From: Heterodontus francisci
Taxonomy: Eukaryota
Direction of reading: 5' to 3'
Assembly: GCF_036365525.1 (NCBI RefSeq)
Contig: NC_090379.1
Coordinates: forward strand, 45,373,923-45,432,809
DNA length: 58,887 nucleotides
In this document: piece by piece, positions 25,905 through 38,171 of the stretch
Layout: each line of letters begins with the position of its first letter
Numbering within the stretch: position 1 is the stretch's first letter
Notes under the pieces: model-generated
What the model was told of the DNA's origin: nothing
Seen by the model: only the letters and a program-made list of their open reading frames with translations
Databases searched by the model: none
Program-made: the position numbers and the translations under genes

Positions 25905-27140
25905 CCAGGCTGAGGGGTGATGACACCTTTCCCCTTAATGAAGCCTCCCTGCCTGGCTATACCTTCCACCATTTGCCTCTTCAAGACGCGGTAGCAGTGT
26001 GGCACTTATCACCAGATCACACCTTGGCCTGATCCCCTACTCCTCTGGCACTTTCTCCTCCGTTGAGCATCTCACCTTTTTCCACCCCCCTCACCTTTCA
26101 TTCAAATACTTGTCATCTACCACCCTCCCAAGTACGATTAAAATGTTCTCACCAAGATATCTTCACTGCTTTTCTCCTTCCACCTCTGCACTGAACAATT
26201 TATCTTCAATGATTTCAACTTCCATCTCAACTTGTCATGCTCCCTCTCCCGAGTTCACTGTCCCCTTTTATCCTCCCCAAGTCTCTCCCTCCATGTAAAC
26301 TCCTCAACCCATATTCACAGCCACCCCCTTGATCTTGCCATCTCACATGGTCTTGCTAGTCCTAATCATATCAATCACAGGTAAGGCCACCTCTGATCAC
26401 TTCCTTGTATCACACTCCACCCACATCCCCCTTCCACACCCCAATTAAACCTCCTCCTGTATTCATCTTTAGAAAAAAAAACTCTCCCCCAATTCACTTA
26501 CAACTGTACTTTCAAAATCTCAACTATCTAGCCTTTGGCCCTCTACTCGCCACAACATTTCTGCAGTTATTGATTTGCTCAACTGCATCTTCTACTCTAC
26601 CTTTAATGCCATTTTGTCCCCAATAATGCAATTACTCTCTCTCACCCTGGCCATTCCCCAGTACAGCCCTCATCTCTGCTCCCTTAAGTCTTCCCTGATC
26701 ATCCTGAAATGCAAAAATAACCCCGGCTTCTTTTCTCTACTGTGAACCATTTTCTTAAACTCCTCTCCCCTGATTCCACTATCTTCACCTCCAACAATAA
26801 GTGCAAGTGGATTTCTTTGTCACTAAGATCAAGACCATCCAATCAGCTACCTCCATCACGTTCCTCCCTTCCACTAACCCACCTGGCAAAACTTCCTCCA
26901 AAGGTCCTCCCACCCTAGCTCTGAACTCGCATCTTTCTCTAGTTCCTCTCCTATCTTTGCTCATGCCCTCTCCAGGCTCATCTTGACAATGAGTCCCACC
27001 TCCTGCTCCCTTGATTCTATTCTCACTGAACTACTAACCACCCAACTTTCCTTCCTGTTCCCCATGTTAGCCAATATTGTTAATGGTTCACTTTCTTCAG
27101 GTGTTGTCCCTCTCTGTTTAAATCTGCTGTCATCATTCCT
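25905..27140 (+). mobile_element. Degenerate L2-clade LINE fragment (endonuclease to start of RT)
   Basis: C/T-rich sense strand, APE motifs (THIHSHPLDL..SDHF) and PTSCSLDSILTELL..PMLANIVNGSLSSGVVP, typical of L2 ORF2. Confidence 0.75.
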
Positions 27141-27169
27141 CCTTCACCCCCTCTCTTTTTCTTCTTTTT

Positions 27170-27325
27170 GATGGGAAATAAAGGCTTGGTCAGTCGGAGG
27201 CACAGGCAGTTTTCTTCAAATAGTGCAATGAGATCTTTTACATCCACCTGAGAAGGCAGACAAAATGATGGTTTAGCTTCTCAGCCAGCAGAAAGCACCT
27301 CCCACAGTGCAGCACACCTTCAGTG
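27170..27325 (-). mobile_element. Deu-domain SINE remnant (AmnSINE1/SacSINE1-like)
   Basis: ttcttcaaatagtgcaatgagatcttttacatccacctgagaaggcagac..gcacctcccacagtgcagcac resembles my recollection of the reverse-complemented Deu domain. L2-type SINE tails also occur at ~20355, ~32975-33080 and ~36965-37030. Confidence 0.6.
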
Positions 27326-27572
27326 TGAGGAAGACTTTCAACGTTGTTGCATTCTCAATATTGACTGGTTGCTCTGTGATCGATTGCTGTTGTTTTACCA
27401 ATGTTTCAGTCCCACTTCAAACAAAGTCCAATCCTGCACACTCTATTTACAGGCATACTTGTCACTGGGGCGTACAGAGATGGAACTGATGAGAATTGCG
27501 GCAGATGCCATCCTAACAATCTTCTCTTCTCGCTACCAAAGGAATGAATAGGATGAAGCAAGATGTTGATAC

Positions 27573-27803
27573 AAAAACAAGAAATGCTGGAACCACTCAG
27601 CAGGTCTAGCAGCATCTGTGGAAAGAGAAGCAGAGTTAACGTTTTGAGTCAGTGACCCTTCTTCGGAGTTCCGAAGAAGGGTCACTGACCCGAAACGTTA
27701 GCTCTGCTTCTCTTTCCACAGATGCTGCCAGACCTGCTGAGTGGTTCCAGCATTTCTTGTTCTTATTTCAGATTTCCAGCATCCGCAGTATTTTTCTTTT
27801 ATT
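27573..27803. mobile_element. Palindromic non-coding Penelope-derived mini-element
   Basis: 95-bp inverted arms (27573-27667 / 27670-27764, about 5 mismatches) plus a 39-bp extension, homologous to the pLTR at 6230-6368. Perfect 14-bp TSD caagatgttgatac (27559-27572, 27804-27817). Confidence 0.92.
27664..27706 (+). ncRNA. Minimal type-I hammerhead ribozyme motif (PLE-type)
   Basis: Stem I CGGAGUU/AGCUCUG; core CCGAAGA (U4C variant) plus an extra A; stem II GGGUC-ACU-GACCC; GAAA box; palindromic ACGU stem III. Predicted cleavage after GUU at 27699. Confidence 0.72.
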
Positions 27804-28260
27804 CAAGATGTTGATACCCCCGCTTTGGGCAGAATCTGGAAGTGCACAAAAAAAGGGCACAGATCTGGTGTTAGCAGATTGCTCTACATTGCTCTCCATT
27901 GATAATGACAGCTTAGCATTACCATGGGTCATGAATTTCAGGGAAACCCACCTTCACTACCAAATTAATTTTCTTACAGCACCAGCCAGCACTATACAAG
28001 CGTAGTATGACCTTAAAACATGATTACATGCTGAAGGGTCACCTTCAGCAAGATGGACAAATAGAAATACCTTTTCTTCTCCCAAAGAATTAACAGAAAA
28101 CTACAGTTCAAGTCAGGCCAAGGATAACCATACAGCAAACAGAGCTGGAACAAATCAGGAAAAGTAAACTTCCCTTGTTTGTTAAAATGTTGTAGTTATA
28201 GTACCACAAAATATTAAAGGTCTTTGAGAGCATCTGAATCCTTGAATAACTGTAACAGAT

Positions 28261-30484
28261 TTTTTTTATTCATTCATGGGATGTGGGCGTCACTGGCTAG
28301 GCCAGCATTTATTGCCCATCCCTAATTGCCCTCTAGAGGGTGGTGATGAGCTGCCTTCTTGAACCGCTGCAGTCCATGTGGGGTAGGTACACCCACAGTG
28401 CTATTAGGAAGGCAGTTCCAGCATTTTGACCCAGCGACAGTGAAGGAACGGTGATATAGTTCCAAGACAGGATGCTGTGTGGCTTGGATGGGAACTTGTA
28501 GGTGTTCCCAAGTATTTGCTGCCCTTGTCCTTCTAGGTGGTAGAGGTCACGGGTTTGGAAGGGGCTGTCGAAGGAGCCCTGGGCGTGTTGCTGCAGTGCA
28601 TCTTGTAGATGGTACACACTGCTGCCACTGTGTGTCGATGGTGGAGGGAGTGAATGTTTGTGGATGGGGTGCCAATCAAGCAGGCTTTGTTTTGGATAGT
28701 GTCGAGCTTCTTGAGTGTTGTTGGAGCTGCGCCCATCAGGCAAGTGGATGGTATTCCATCACACTGCTGACTTCTGCTTTGTAGGTGGTGGACAGGCTTT
28801 GGGGAGTCAGGTGGTGAGTTACTTGCCACAGGATTCCTAGCCTCTGACCTGCTGTTGTATTTATATGGCTACTCCAGTTCAGTTTCTGGTCAATGGTAAT
28901 CCCAGGATGTTGATAGTGGGGGATTCAGCAATGGTAATGCCATTGAATGTCAAGGGGAGATGGTTAGATTCTCTCTTGTTGGAGATGGTCATTGCCTGGC
29001 ACTTGTGTGGCGCAAATGTTACTTGCCACTTATCAGCCCAAGCCTGGATATTGTCCAGGTCTTGCTGCATTTCTACACAGACTACTTCAGTATCTGAGGA
29101 GTCACGAATGGTGCTGAACGTTGTGCAATTATCAGCGAACATCCACATTTCTGACCTTATGATTGAAGGAAGGTCAATGATGAAGCAGCTGTAGATGGTT
29201 GGGCTTAGGACAATACTCTGAGGAACTCCTGCAGTGATGTCCTGGCGTTCAGATGATTGACCTCCAACAACTACAACCATCTTCCTTTGTGCTAGGTATG
29301 ACTCCAACCAGCTGAAAGTTTTCCCCCTAATTCCCATTGACTCCAGTTTTGCTAGGGCTCCTTGATGCCATACTCAGTCAAATGCTGCCTTGATGTCAAG
29401 GGCTGTCACTCTCACCTCATCTCGAGTTCAGCTCTTTTGTCCATGCTTGAACCAAGGCTGTTATGAGGTCAGGAGCTGAGTGGCCCTAGCAGAACCCAAA
29501 CTGAGCGTCACTGAGCAGGTTATTGCTAAGCAAGTGCTGCATGATTAGATTAGATTAGATTAGAGATACAGCACTGAAACAGGCCCTTCGGCCCACCGAG
29601 TCTGTGCCAAACATCAACCACCCATTTATACTAATCCTGCACTAATCCCATATTCCTACCAAACATCCCCACCTGTCCCTATATTCCCCTACCACCTACC
29701 TATACTAGTGACAATTTATAATGGCCAATTTACCTATCAACCTGCAAGTCTTTTGGCTTGTGGGAGGAAACCGGAGCACCCGGAGAAAACCCACGCAGAC
29801 ACAGGGAGAACTTGCAAACTCCACACAGGCAGTACCCGGAATCGAACCCGGGTCCCTGGAGCTATGAGGCTGCAGTGCTAACCACTGCGCCACTGTGCCG
29901 CCCATGATGGCACTGTTGATGACACCTTCCATCATTTTACTGATGATTAAGAGGAGACTGCTGGGGCGGTAATTGGCCGGGTTGGACTTGTCCTGCTTTT
30001 TGTGTACAGGACATACTTGGGCAATTTTCCACATTGCCAGGTAGATGCCAGTGTTGTAGCTGTACTGGAACAGCTGGCTAGGTGCAGCAAGTTCTGGAGC
30101 ACAGGTCTTTAGTACTATTGCCGGAATATTGTCAGGGCCTATAGCCTTTGCAGTATCCAGTGCCTTCAGTCGTTTCTTGATATCATGTGGAATGAATCGA
30201 ATTGGCTGAAGTCTGGCATCTGTGATGCTGGGGACTTCAGGAGGAGGCCAAGATGGATCATCAACTCGGTACTTCTGGCTGAAGGTTGTTGCAAATGCTT
30301 CTGCCTTATCTTTCTGTGGGTCTAGAGTCATATGTAGGTCCAGACCACGTAATCTACCATTAGTGAAGCAGATGGGTTCCAAATTTATTGAGTTCAAATT
30401 CCACCTTCTGCTGTGGTGGGATTCGAACCCATGTCCCCAGAGCAATTCCCTGGGTCTCTGGATATAATACGGCACCGACTCCCC
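28261..30484 (-). mobile_element. Family A LINE, internally deleted copy (tRNA head joined to the RT half)
   Basis: Well-preserved RT ORFs 29705..30535, 28879..29337 (GVPQSIVLSPTIYSCFIIDL..MFADNC) and 28533..28829. Intact 3' tail at 28261. Head/body remnant at ~30314-30484 with B-box gggttcgaatcccacca. Confidence 0.9.
29543..29903 (-). mobile_element. HE1-like V-SINE, young full-length copy
   Basis: (ctaat)n tail; catgat repeated at both junctions (29540-29545, 29903-29908). Confidence 0.95.
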
Positions 30485-31069
30485 CAGATTACAATTCAAT
30501 AAAGAAATAATCAGTGCAATCTGCTTGATACACATTCTGCATGACAGAATCCTGGAGTACCTCCAATCAAAAATAACAAAGAAAAGGTAAATTAATGACC
30601 GATGGCTCCAAGCCCAAGTTTAAAGCTGTGGGTTCTGTTTGCAACTGAAAGTAACTGTCCAATTTAACTGCAACCGAGGTACATGCTCCATTTTGTGGAT
30701 TTATCACAAGCGATAGAGAGCCACATGATTTCCCTCAAGGTCTCTAGTCTTTTTCAAGATGTGAGGATCCATTCCAAGGACCTCTCTACAGACATCCACT
30801 ACCGTTTGCTCTTCGAGGAAACCCATATAGACAGAGCAGAAAGATTGAAGAGGTATTTTCCTTAAGTTGGTGAGAATGTCTGTTACGCCTGGAACCAGAC
30901 ATGGCAGCCATCAGTGACTCCCGAGTTGCATCTGCATATCAGTGTTAACTGTTAAAGATCAGCACTTGAAGCACAGCATGGTTCATCTTCTGTGATTGCC
31001 CCAGAATGCCCACAACTCTATTTTGTCCTGCTACAAAAGCTTGTGCACATATGCAATGACGTGTGTCCC

Positions 31070-31430
31070 TTGCTACCAATTTGCAAATGACACAAAATTT
31101 GGAAGTATTGTGAACTGTGAGGAGGATAGTGATAGAACAAGAGAACATAGAAAGGTGAGTGGAATGGGCGGACAAGTAACAGATGAAATTTAATTGAGAA
31201 ATGTGAAGTGATACATTTTGGCAGGAAAAATGAGAAGAGTCAATATAAAGTAAAGGCTGTAATTCTGAACGGGGTGCAGGAACAGAGAGACCTGGGGGTA
31301 CATATGCACAAATTATTGAAGGTGGCAGGGCAGGTTGAGAAAGTGATTAAAAAGGCATACAGGATCCAGGGCTTTATAAATAGAGGCATATGGTACAAAA
31401 GCAAGGAAGTTACGATGAACCTTTATGAAA
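31070..31430 (+). mobile_element. CR1 ORF2 fragment
   Basis: FANDTKFG..; IHFGRKNEK..EQRDLGVHMHKLLKVAGQVEKVIKKAY. Confidence 0.85.
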
Positions 31431-33769
31431 GTCAAATTGAAATCAGCTTACTCAGCACAGACTCTGATCAAACCTGGGGCCTTGCCAGTTTGGCTCAGGT
31501 ACTTGCTGCTTTATCCAGCCTGAACAACTGAACATGGATTTTAAAGAAGGAGCTGATTTTCCTTGGCATCAATATCAAAAGACATCTTTTAAGAAAGATA
31601 CTTGTTGGGTGCAGGTGTCATAAATACTTAGTGCCCCAGGCCTATTTCTATGCTGATGCATTATTATACTCAACCTGTTTGCAAAGAAAAGAAAATGTTT
31701 TACCGTAGCAACATGATTATGGTAAATTAATCAATGGTTACAGTTTAATTAGCAATATGAGAACAACTAAATATACCTGAGGAATTAAAGATTAACAATA
31801 AGGATGTTTTAATACAAAATCACTAAGGAGACTTTTATTTTGCTTAACATACAAAGATCTGGAATTCAGCTAAAAATATTAAATAAAGATTAGGGCTTCA
31901 CTAGGGAAAATTAGTGATCAAGAATTCTCTGGGGAAAATAAATTAATGATCAGGGCTTCAACTAGGGAAAATTAATAATAAATTGGTGATTCTTTGAGGT
32001 AAAGTAAAAAAATACAAGAGCATTGATACAAAAATGATTTATTCTTCCTTCTTCCATTCCTAAAATCTTTTTCTTAGTTATTTACATGACTATGTGAAAT
32101 ACCCCCAACACTTTTTTTTGCCATAGTGCTCTCGTAGTTCTTAGTGTTATACTGCACCAAGTTTTTCCCACCACCAAATTTCAGGCAGCCAGAAACTTGA
32201 GGTGGTGAACAATTTCCAAGGTCTGCACAAAGCTAACTGTTTTTAAAAAAACTCATCCCAAACACCTTTAGCTCCAAATTCAAATTTTACAGCTTAAATT
32301 GAATAAAACATTTTTTTTTTTTTAAATTACACTGATTTTCTTTAAGGCTCGTGCCTCACTCTTGGTTGCAAATCTTCTGCCTAGTCAGCATGGTGCACTT
32401 AGAATATTTTGATTCCATAACACCAGGGTGAAATCTACAGTTCTTATGATGCATCTTTCCCTCACGCACAGAAATTGTCCACTGGTTTGGCAACCTCCAG
32501 CAACAAAGGCTTGGGTGATACAGCCACCTCTGGAACTGAAGCAAAACTCTAACCACAGACTGCAGAGAGAATGACATATCTGTGTGAGGCAAAATTTCTT
32601 GTTGGGTTTTTTTGGGCAGTTTTCGTGATTATAGTGCAAATTATTTATATATATGTGTTTAGGTTGTAAATTATATTTATAGAGCTACATATTCAGTTGG
32701 GATCAGAAATCCAAGATGATGGCTGGAACCACTTTGGAAAAATAGACCGAGTGCTGCAAGTTTTATGCAATCTTTTTACAATCTATATGAAAGAAAACTG
32801 CATGGCTAATTTCTTTATTTGAAAGGAAGTATTACAATTTCTTTATGACAATTAAATGTCCTTTTTATATATTTTGTATAACATGCTGCATGTTTAATTT
32901 AATGCACCTTAGACTTTCAATTATTTAGATCTTGGTCTTCATGGGGCTTTACTGTGCAGAAATATTACCATATTCGCCTACAACATGTACTACATTTCAA
33001 TACTATTTCATTGATTGTGAAAAACTTTGGGACATTCAAAGAATATGATAAGGTGCTAGGTAGAAGCAATTTCTTTTTTCAGACAGGTAAATGATAAAAA
33101 AAAAAGGTTAAACTGTACAGTAGTTGAATATTCTCAAATGCTACCTTTGAAAAAAAAAAGAGGATGAAGTTATTTTTGCCCCTTCTTCTACAGAATATAC
33201 ACAGCTGTGAAGATGATGGAGTAGGGAACAAAGTGAATTTTTGCCTAATGTTCCCTCTTTCACAACTTCAAAGCATGTGGTTTCTACTTATCACCTTCCC
33301 AATAATGGCACAGATAAGATTAGATACTCAGTACATAAGTATCACAAAAATGTCTCAAAGTATTTCACATATAAGTTACTTCGAAGTGCACTGACAAATG
33401 TAGGCAAATAGTTAATTTGCTATCACGGTACTTACATGGAGCAATTTTCTTTTTAACAAGTGTAGAAGTTGCACTAATACTGGAGTATAGCAATATTGTT
33501 AAAACACTGTCTTGGGTTCTTGCACCACAGGAATAACAAACAGAATGCACCCACATCGTCTGAATACTTGTGCTCTGTGACTAATTAATCTTCATTAGTA
33601 AATTTATTGCAAAATACTGTTTTCCACACACGAATAAGTTGTTACACAAAATTCCTATAAATGGTCTACACCAAATTTTAACTATGCAGGTTACTTAGGC
33701 TGTTAGAAATCTCATCTATATAACGACAATGGCTATAAACAGTAGTAGCAGTATTAGGCCCAATAGATT

Positions 33770-34240
33770 GGCTCCTGGAATAAGAGGGTTGTCCTATGAT
33801 GAGAGGCCGAGTAAAACTGGGCTTATACACTGGAGTTTAGAAGGAGGAGAGGTAATCCCATTGAAACATACAAGATTCAGAAGCAGTTTGAAATCTTAGA
33901 CACTGAGAGGTTATTTCCCCTTGCTGGGAAATCTAAATCACGGGGACACAGCCTCAGAATAAGGGATCGATCATTTAGGACTGAGATGAAAAGAAATTCC
34001 TTACTCAGTAGGTTGTGAGTCTTTGAAATTCTCCACCCCAGAGGGTTGCGGATGCTCTACAATGAATATATTCAAGGTTGAGATAGATTTTTGATCTCTC
34101 AGGAAATCAAGGGATATGGGAGCGGGCAGGAAAGTGGAGTTGAGGCAGAAGATTGACCATGATCGTAGTGAATGGCGGAGCAGTCTCGAGGGGCCATATG
34201 GTCTAACTCCTGCTGCTATTACTTATGTTGTGTTATGTTC
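33770..34240 (+). mobile_element. CR1 3' fragment
   Basis: Ends in gaatggcggagcagtctcgaggggcc..ctcctgctgctatt..ttatgtt. Confidence 0.83.
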
Positions 34241-35479
34241 AATATCTTTTAGGACTTCATTAATAAAAAAATCATAATGACATATTCAACAGTACTATGA
34301 AGTGATGAGTGGTGTAAAACAATAAACTAGTGCTGCAGCAAGTGTGCCTCATCTACAGTACCTTGGCCTTTGGTCCCACTGGGCTACTATGTACTCTCAT
34401 TACAAAAATTAATAGACAGGATTTGTGGTCAAACACTGGTAATCTAGCTATACAGATGCCTGCACTTCAATTCTTACATACTGTTTGGAGAAAGAAAAAT
34501 CTTTGGTTACACAGGGTTATAATCGTATTTGCAATTTAAGAAATCTGGTGCATTCCAGACAGATACAATATTTGTTCTTTTAGCAGCCAGATGCTTCTCT
34601 GCAGGTTCTTTATAATCCATCATTTGGCATTCTAACCAGAGTAACTTCAGCTTCAGTCATTCACACAGGAGGACACATTTCGTTTGTCTCATGAATATCT
34701 ACAGTAACGTAATTTTCCACATCATAGCTTTTTGTGGAATACTGTACAGCATTACCTCAATCAAAATTAGAACATTACGGCTGTCTAGTTTTTCTTTGAG
34801 AATCAGTGATGAAAAACCTTGTTACTTGGCAATGGAACCACCACATCTGAACTCAATTCCAAATGTAGCATTCCTGGGTTCAGCTCTTTGCAGTTTAAAG
34901 CTCAGTCAACACACTTTTAAACACATCCTGGGCACAAATCATATTTTTGTTTAAATTAAAACATCACAAATTACCTTATTCATTTCTTGGCAAAAGGGGA
35001 AAGCATTTACAGAATTTCCATATTATTTAGTTTGCTACAGTCTGTGCTTGTGAGTGTGTGCATGCATGGGGGAGTGAAAGGAGAGCAAAGGTCCATGTGA
35101 AATCTACTTGTGCATGGCCAGTTCCCTGGCAGTCTTGTGGTAGTAACTGTGGTAGACCTACAGCCCCAGAATAGAAGTTATACATGCATTACTTGCCCTG
35201 GCACCAACCTGTCCAATGCGATTTTGATCAAGACTAAGAATAGGTCTTCTTCAAGGGAAAAACCAAAGGCATAATTGCATGAGTCAGAACCAATGTGGCT
35301 CTTTATTTCCAAATCAGAAAATTGCTGCTCAATCATTCTAGAGGGCCATCCTTTCTCTTGCTCCATCGTAAACTCATTCACTGTACCTCCAACATCCATT
35401 TCCTTTAACTTACTGATTTAAAAAAATTATGCCCCATAGAAAAAAAGTTATGAATTATATTGGACTACATCAACCGCAG

Positions 35480-35955
35480 AATTGATATAGTAGTAATGTA
35501 CTGGTCATGTTACCGGCCTAATCATCCAAAGACCTGGACTAATAATTCAGAAAATTTGAGCTCAAATCCCACCTTGACAGTTTCAAAATTTGAATTTAGT
35601 TTGAAGAAAATATGGCAATATAAAACTGATATCAGTAAGAACAGTTGTTCAATTGCTACAAAATCCAACTGGTTATCTAATGTCCTTTAGAGAGGTAAAT
35701 CTGTTGACATTATCTGGTCTGGCTTATACGTGACCAGTCCCACACCAATGTGGATGACTCTTAACTTCCCTCTGTAGCATCATAGCGAGTCACTTAGTTC
35801 TGTCAAACTGCTACATTGTGGTAGCTTCTTCACCATATGGACTGCAGCAGTCAAGAAGGCAGCTCACCATCACCACCTTCTCAGGGAAATTAGAGATGGG
35901 CAATAAATGTCAGCCTCATCAGCGATGCGCACATCCCAAGAACGAATATTTAAAA
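35480..35955 (+). mobile_element. Old tRNA-headed family A derivative with a longer LINE 3' segment
   Basis: Degenerate head (gagctcaaatcccacc), body (ctggttatctaatgtcctttagagaggtaaatctg..gactcttaacttccctctg), ~20 nt of LINE-specific 5' sequence, then ~130 nt of LINE 3' end (ggactgcagcagtcaagaaggcagctcacc..gatgggcaataaatg). Confidence 0.8.
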
Positions 35956-37900
35956 TTTAAAGCTGAGTTCCAGCACATCCCCACATATATTGCAGAAAGC
36001 TGATAAACTAAATTGGAAATGCTGCCTGGAGTATTAAGAAAAATTTACCATTATAACACTGAAAACAATGAATAATTTCCTGTGAGACAAGATAGCTGCC
36101 AGAATGTCATAAAGAGGAAATTATGGACAGCATTACTATAACTGATGAGGCACTTCTTCCCTACAATGGCATTTAGACCTGCTTTAGCCAACAGCCACAC
36201 TAATTAGGCCATGAAACAATGGCATAAAAGCTGATTAATGATGTGACATTTTAAGGAAATTAAGTCTTTTGGACTTCAACGTTAACAACATGTCTGACCT
36301 TTATTATATGAAAATAAAATGCAAAGCATTATTCACTGGTTATGTTCACCGAATAACTGATTATCCCAGACAATAATTTACATTTGCAGCTCTTCTTAAG
36401 ACAATTAAAAGGCTTGGTATTTTTATGCCATTGTACTAAACAAAACCATTGTCACTGGTTGCAGAACAATCTATTTTAAGCAAAAAACATGCTATACATG
36501 GATGAAAGAAATTTCACAACTGAAAAGTACTGCAGCATTCACCACCGCCCCCCAAAAAAAATTTCCATTGTCATTAAGATGCAAAAAAAAAAGCACTTAA
36601 TACAGCATCATAATGTTGTATTCTTATATTTGGTAAGATGCTGCCAGACTACTAATTTTTGCATTACCATGCTCACGCAAGTATGTGGTTTCATCTGTTT
36701 ATATCTTGTAATTTATGCATTTATGACCCTAATATCAAAATGCTTCAGTTCAGTTAATAATAAGAAAATTCACTATGCAGATTGTTTAAGCTCTCCTTTG
36801 GATAATTATATCTTGCCAAGATATTAAATATTAACAAGGTTGCAAATCATTAAAACCTAGGAAGCAGAATCAGTCAGCAAACTACTGTCCATGAAATATT
36901 GCTCTATTCTGCAAGTGGGCAGAAATAAAATCCTTATTCCTTACCATTTTTTGTCTGAATATACCTCTGTTAAGCACCTTGAAACATTTCTTTCTTTATT
37001 AAAGGTGCTATATAAATGCAAGTTGTTACTGCTACCATCTTCACTAAATAATGCTGGAAGTAATGTAGACACAGATTGATTCTCTGCTTCATATTTTTGT
37101 TTAAGTCCTCTGAGGGAGGAAAGAAGAGGACTTTGTAAAGTTATTTTCTACCTCCTGCCCCAAGTATTTTGTTTTGAAGAAATAGATCATTTGCTCGTTT
37201 ACTAGCAGAAGAAATTGCTGTTTTTTTAAATCACTAACTGGTGCAAACCAACCATGTTGGATCTCTTAACCAGCAGAACAGAACTCTACTGGTGTAAGCA
37301 GTGGGTCTGGCAATGAGACAAGCACTGTGATTCTTCGTCACTGTATTTAATTACTTTATTTTAAAACTTTCTCCACTATATATTATTAAGATTTAGTATT
37401 TAGATAAAATAGAATTACATTGTCATGGCACTTCAATGCAAAACTCATTTGTTTTGAAAAATTAAATTTTCAGCTAGAAGAATATTTTTCAGGAATGTAT
37501 TAGGTTAGCTGTCCTTTCTGCTCTCAGATCTGGGTTTGAATCTAGTCTAAAATGATGGCATAAAAGTCTCCTCTGAAGGCAATTTTAAAAAATAAAGTCA
37601 AACGAAATAAACTTGACTATTTGAAAATAATTTGTAGCACCCGTTCAGTTATCTTCCCATAAAGTTTGATCAAAAGTTTTCCTTATTTGCCAAAGCTATA
37701 CCAGAGACTAATTTAATTTAGTCAATCCTTCAAAGTGGATAGAGCCAGTGGAATTTATACTGCTCTCTAAAAATGTACTTTACATTAGCTTACTAGAGTT
37801 CTGGAAACCCATAGTACACTATAGTTACCTCCACTGCTACAGTAGTGTTCTGTTCTTGCAGAGATGAACTAATAAGCAAAGAGATAAAGAATTAATTGAC

Positions 37901-38004
37901 TTTAGATTAGAGATACAGCACTGAAACAGGCCCTTCGGCCCACCGAGTCTGCGCCGAACATCAACCACCCACCCATACCAATCCCACACCAATCCCACAC
38001 TCCC
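37901..38004 (-). mobile_element. 5'-truncated HE1-like SINE
   Basis: Only the 3' ~100 nt are present (agagatacagcactgaaacaggcccttcggcccaccgagtct). Confidence 0.85.
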
Positions 38005-38171
38005 ACTCAGACTTATGTCTGAGTTTATGCTAAATTTATGGCCATAGAAGATTATTGGCATACAATCTTGTTCTGTGCTACAGTATAGTGGGCTGTTCTT
38101 CATTTTGAGTCAGGAGCAATGCACCGACAAACTAATAAATGTTCCACCTGTTCAGGTTAGTAGCTCATGCT

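Noticed and set aside
29705-30535. 276-aa ORF as a novel chimeric protein
   Set aside because: It reads through unique DNA, a SINE-like head, LINE RT and an HE1 SINE. There are no splice signals or other support, so it is a by-product of nesting.
31890-31975. Short local duplications (also 1411-1453 and 40370-40410)
   Set aside because: Ordinary slippage-type tandem duplications with no further structure.
33139-33163. Polypyrimidine-AG|GT on the minus strand as a recursive splice site in the long intron
   Set aside because: The acceptor is AAG and the regenerated donor GTAGCA is weak. No downstream RS-exon is identifiable.
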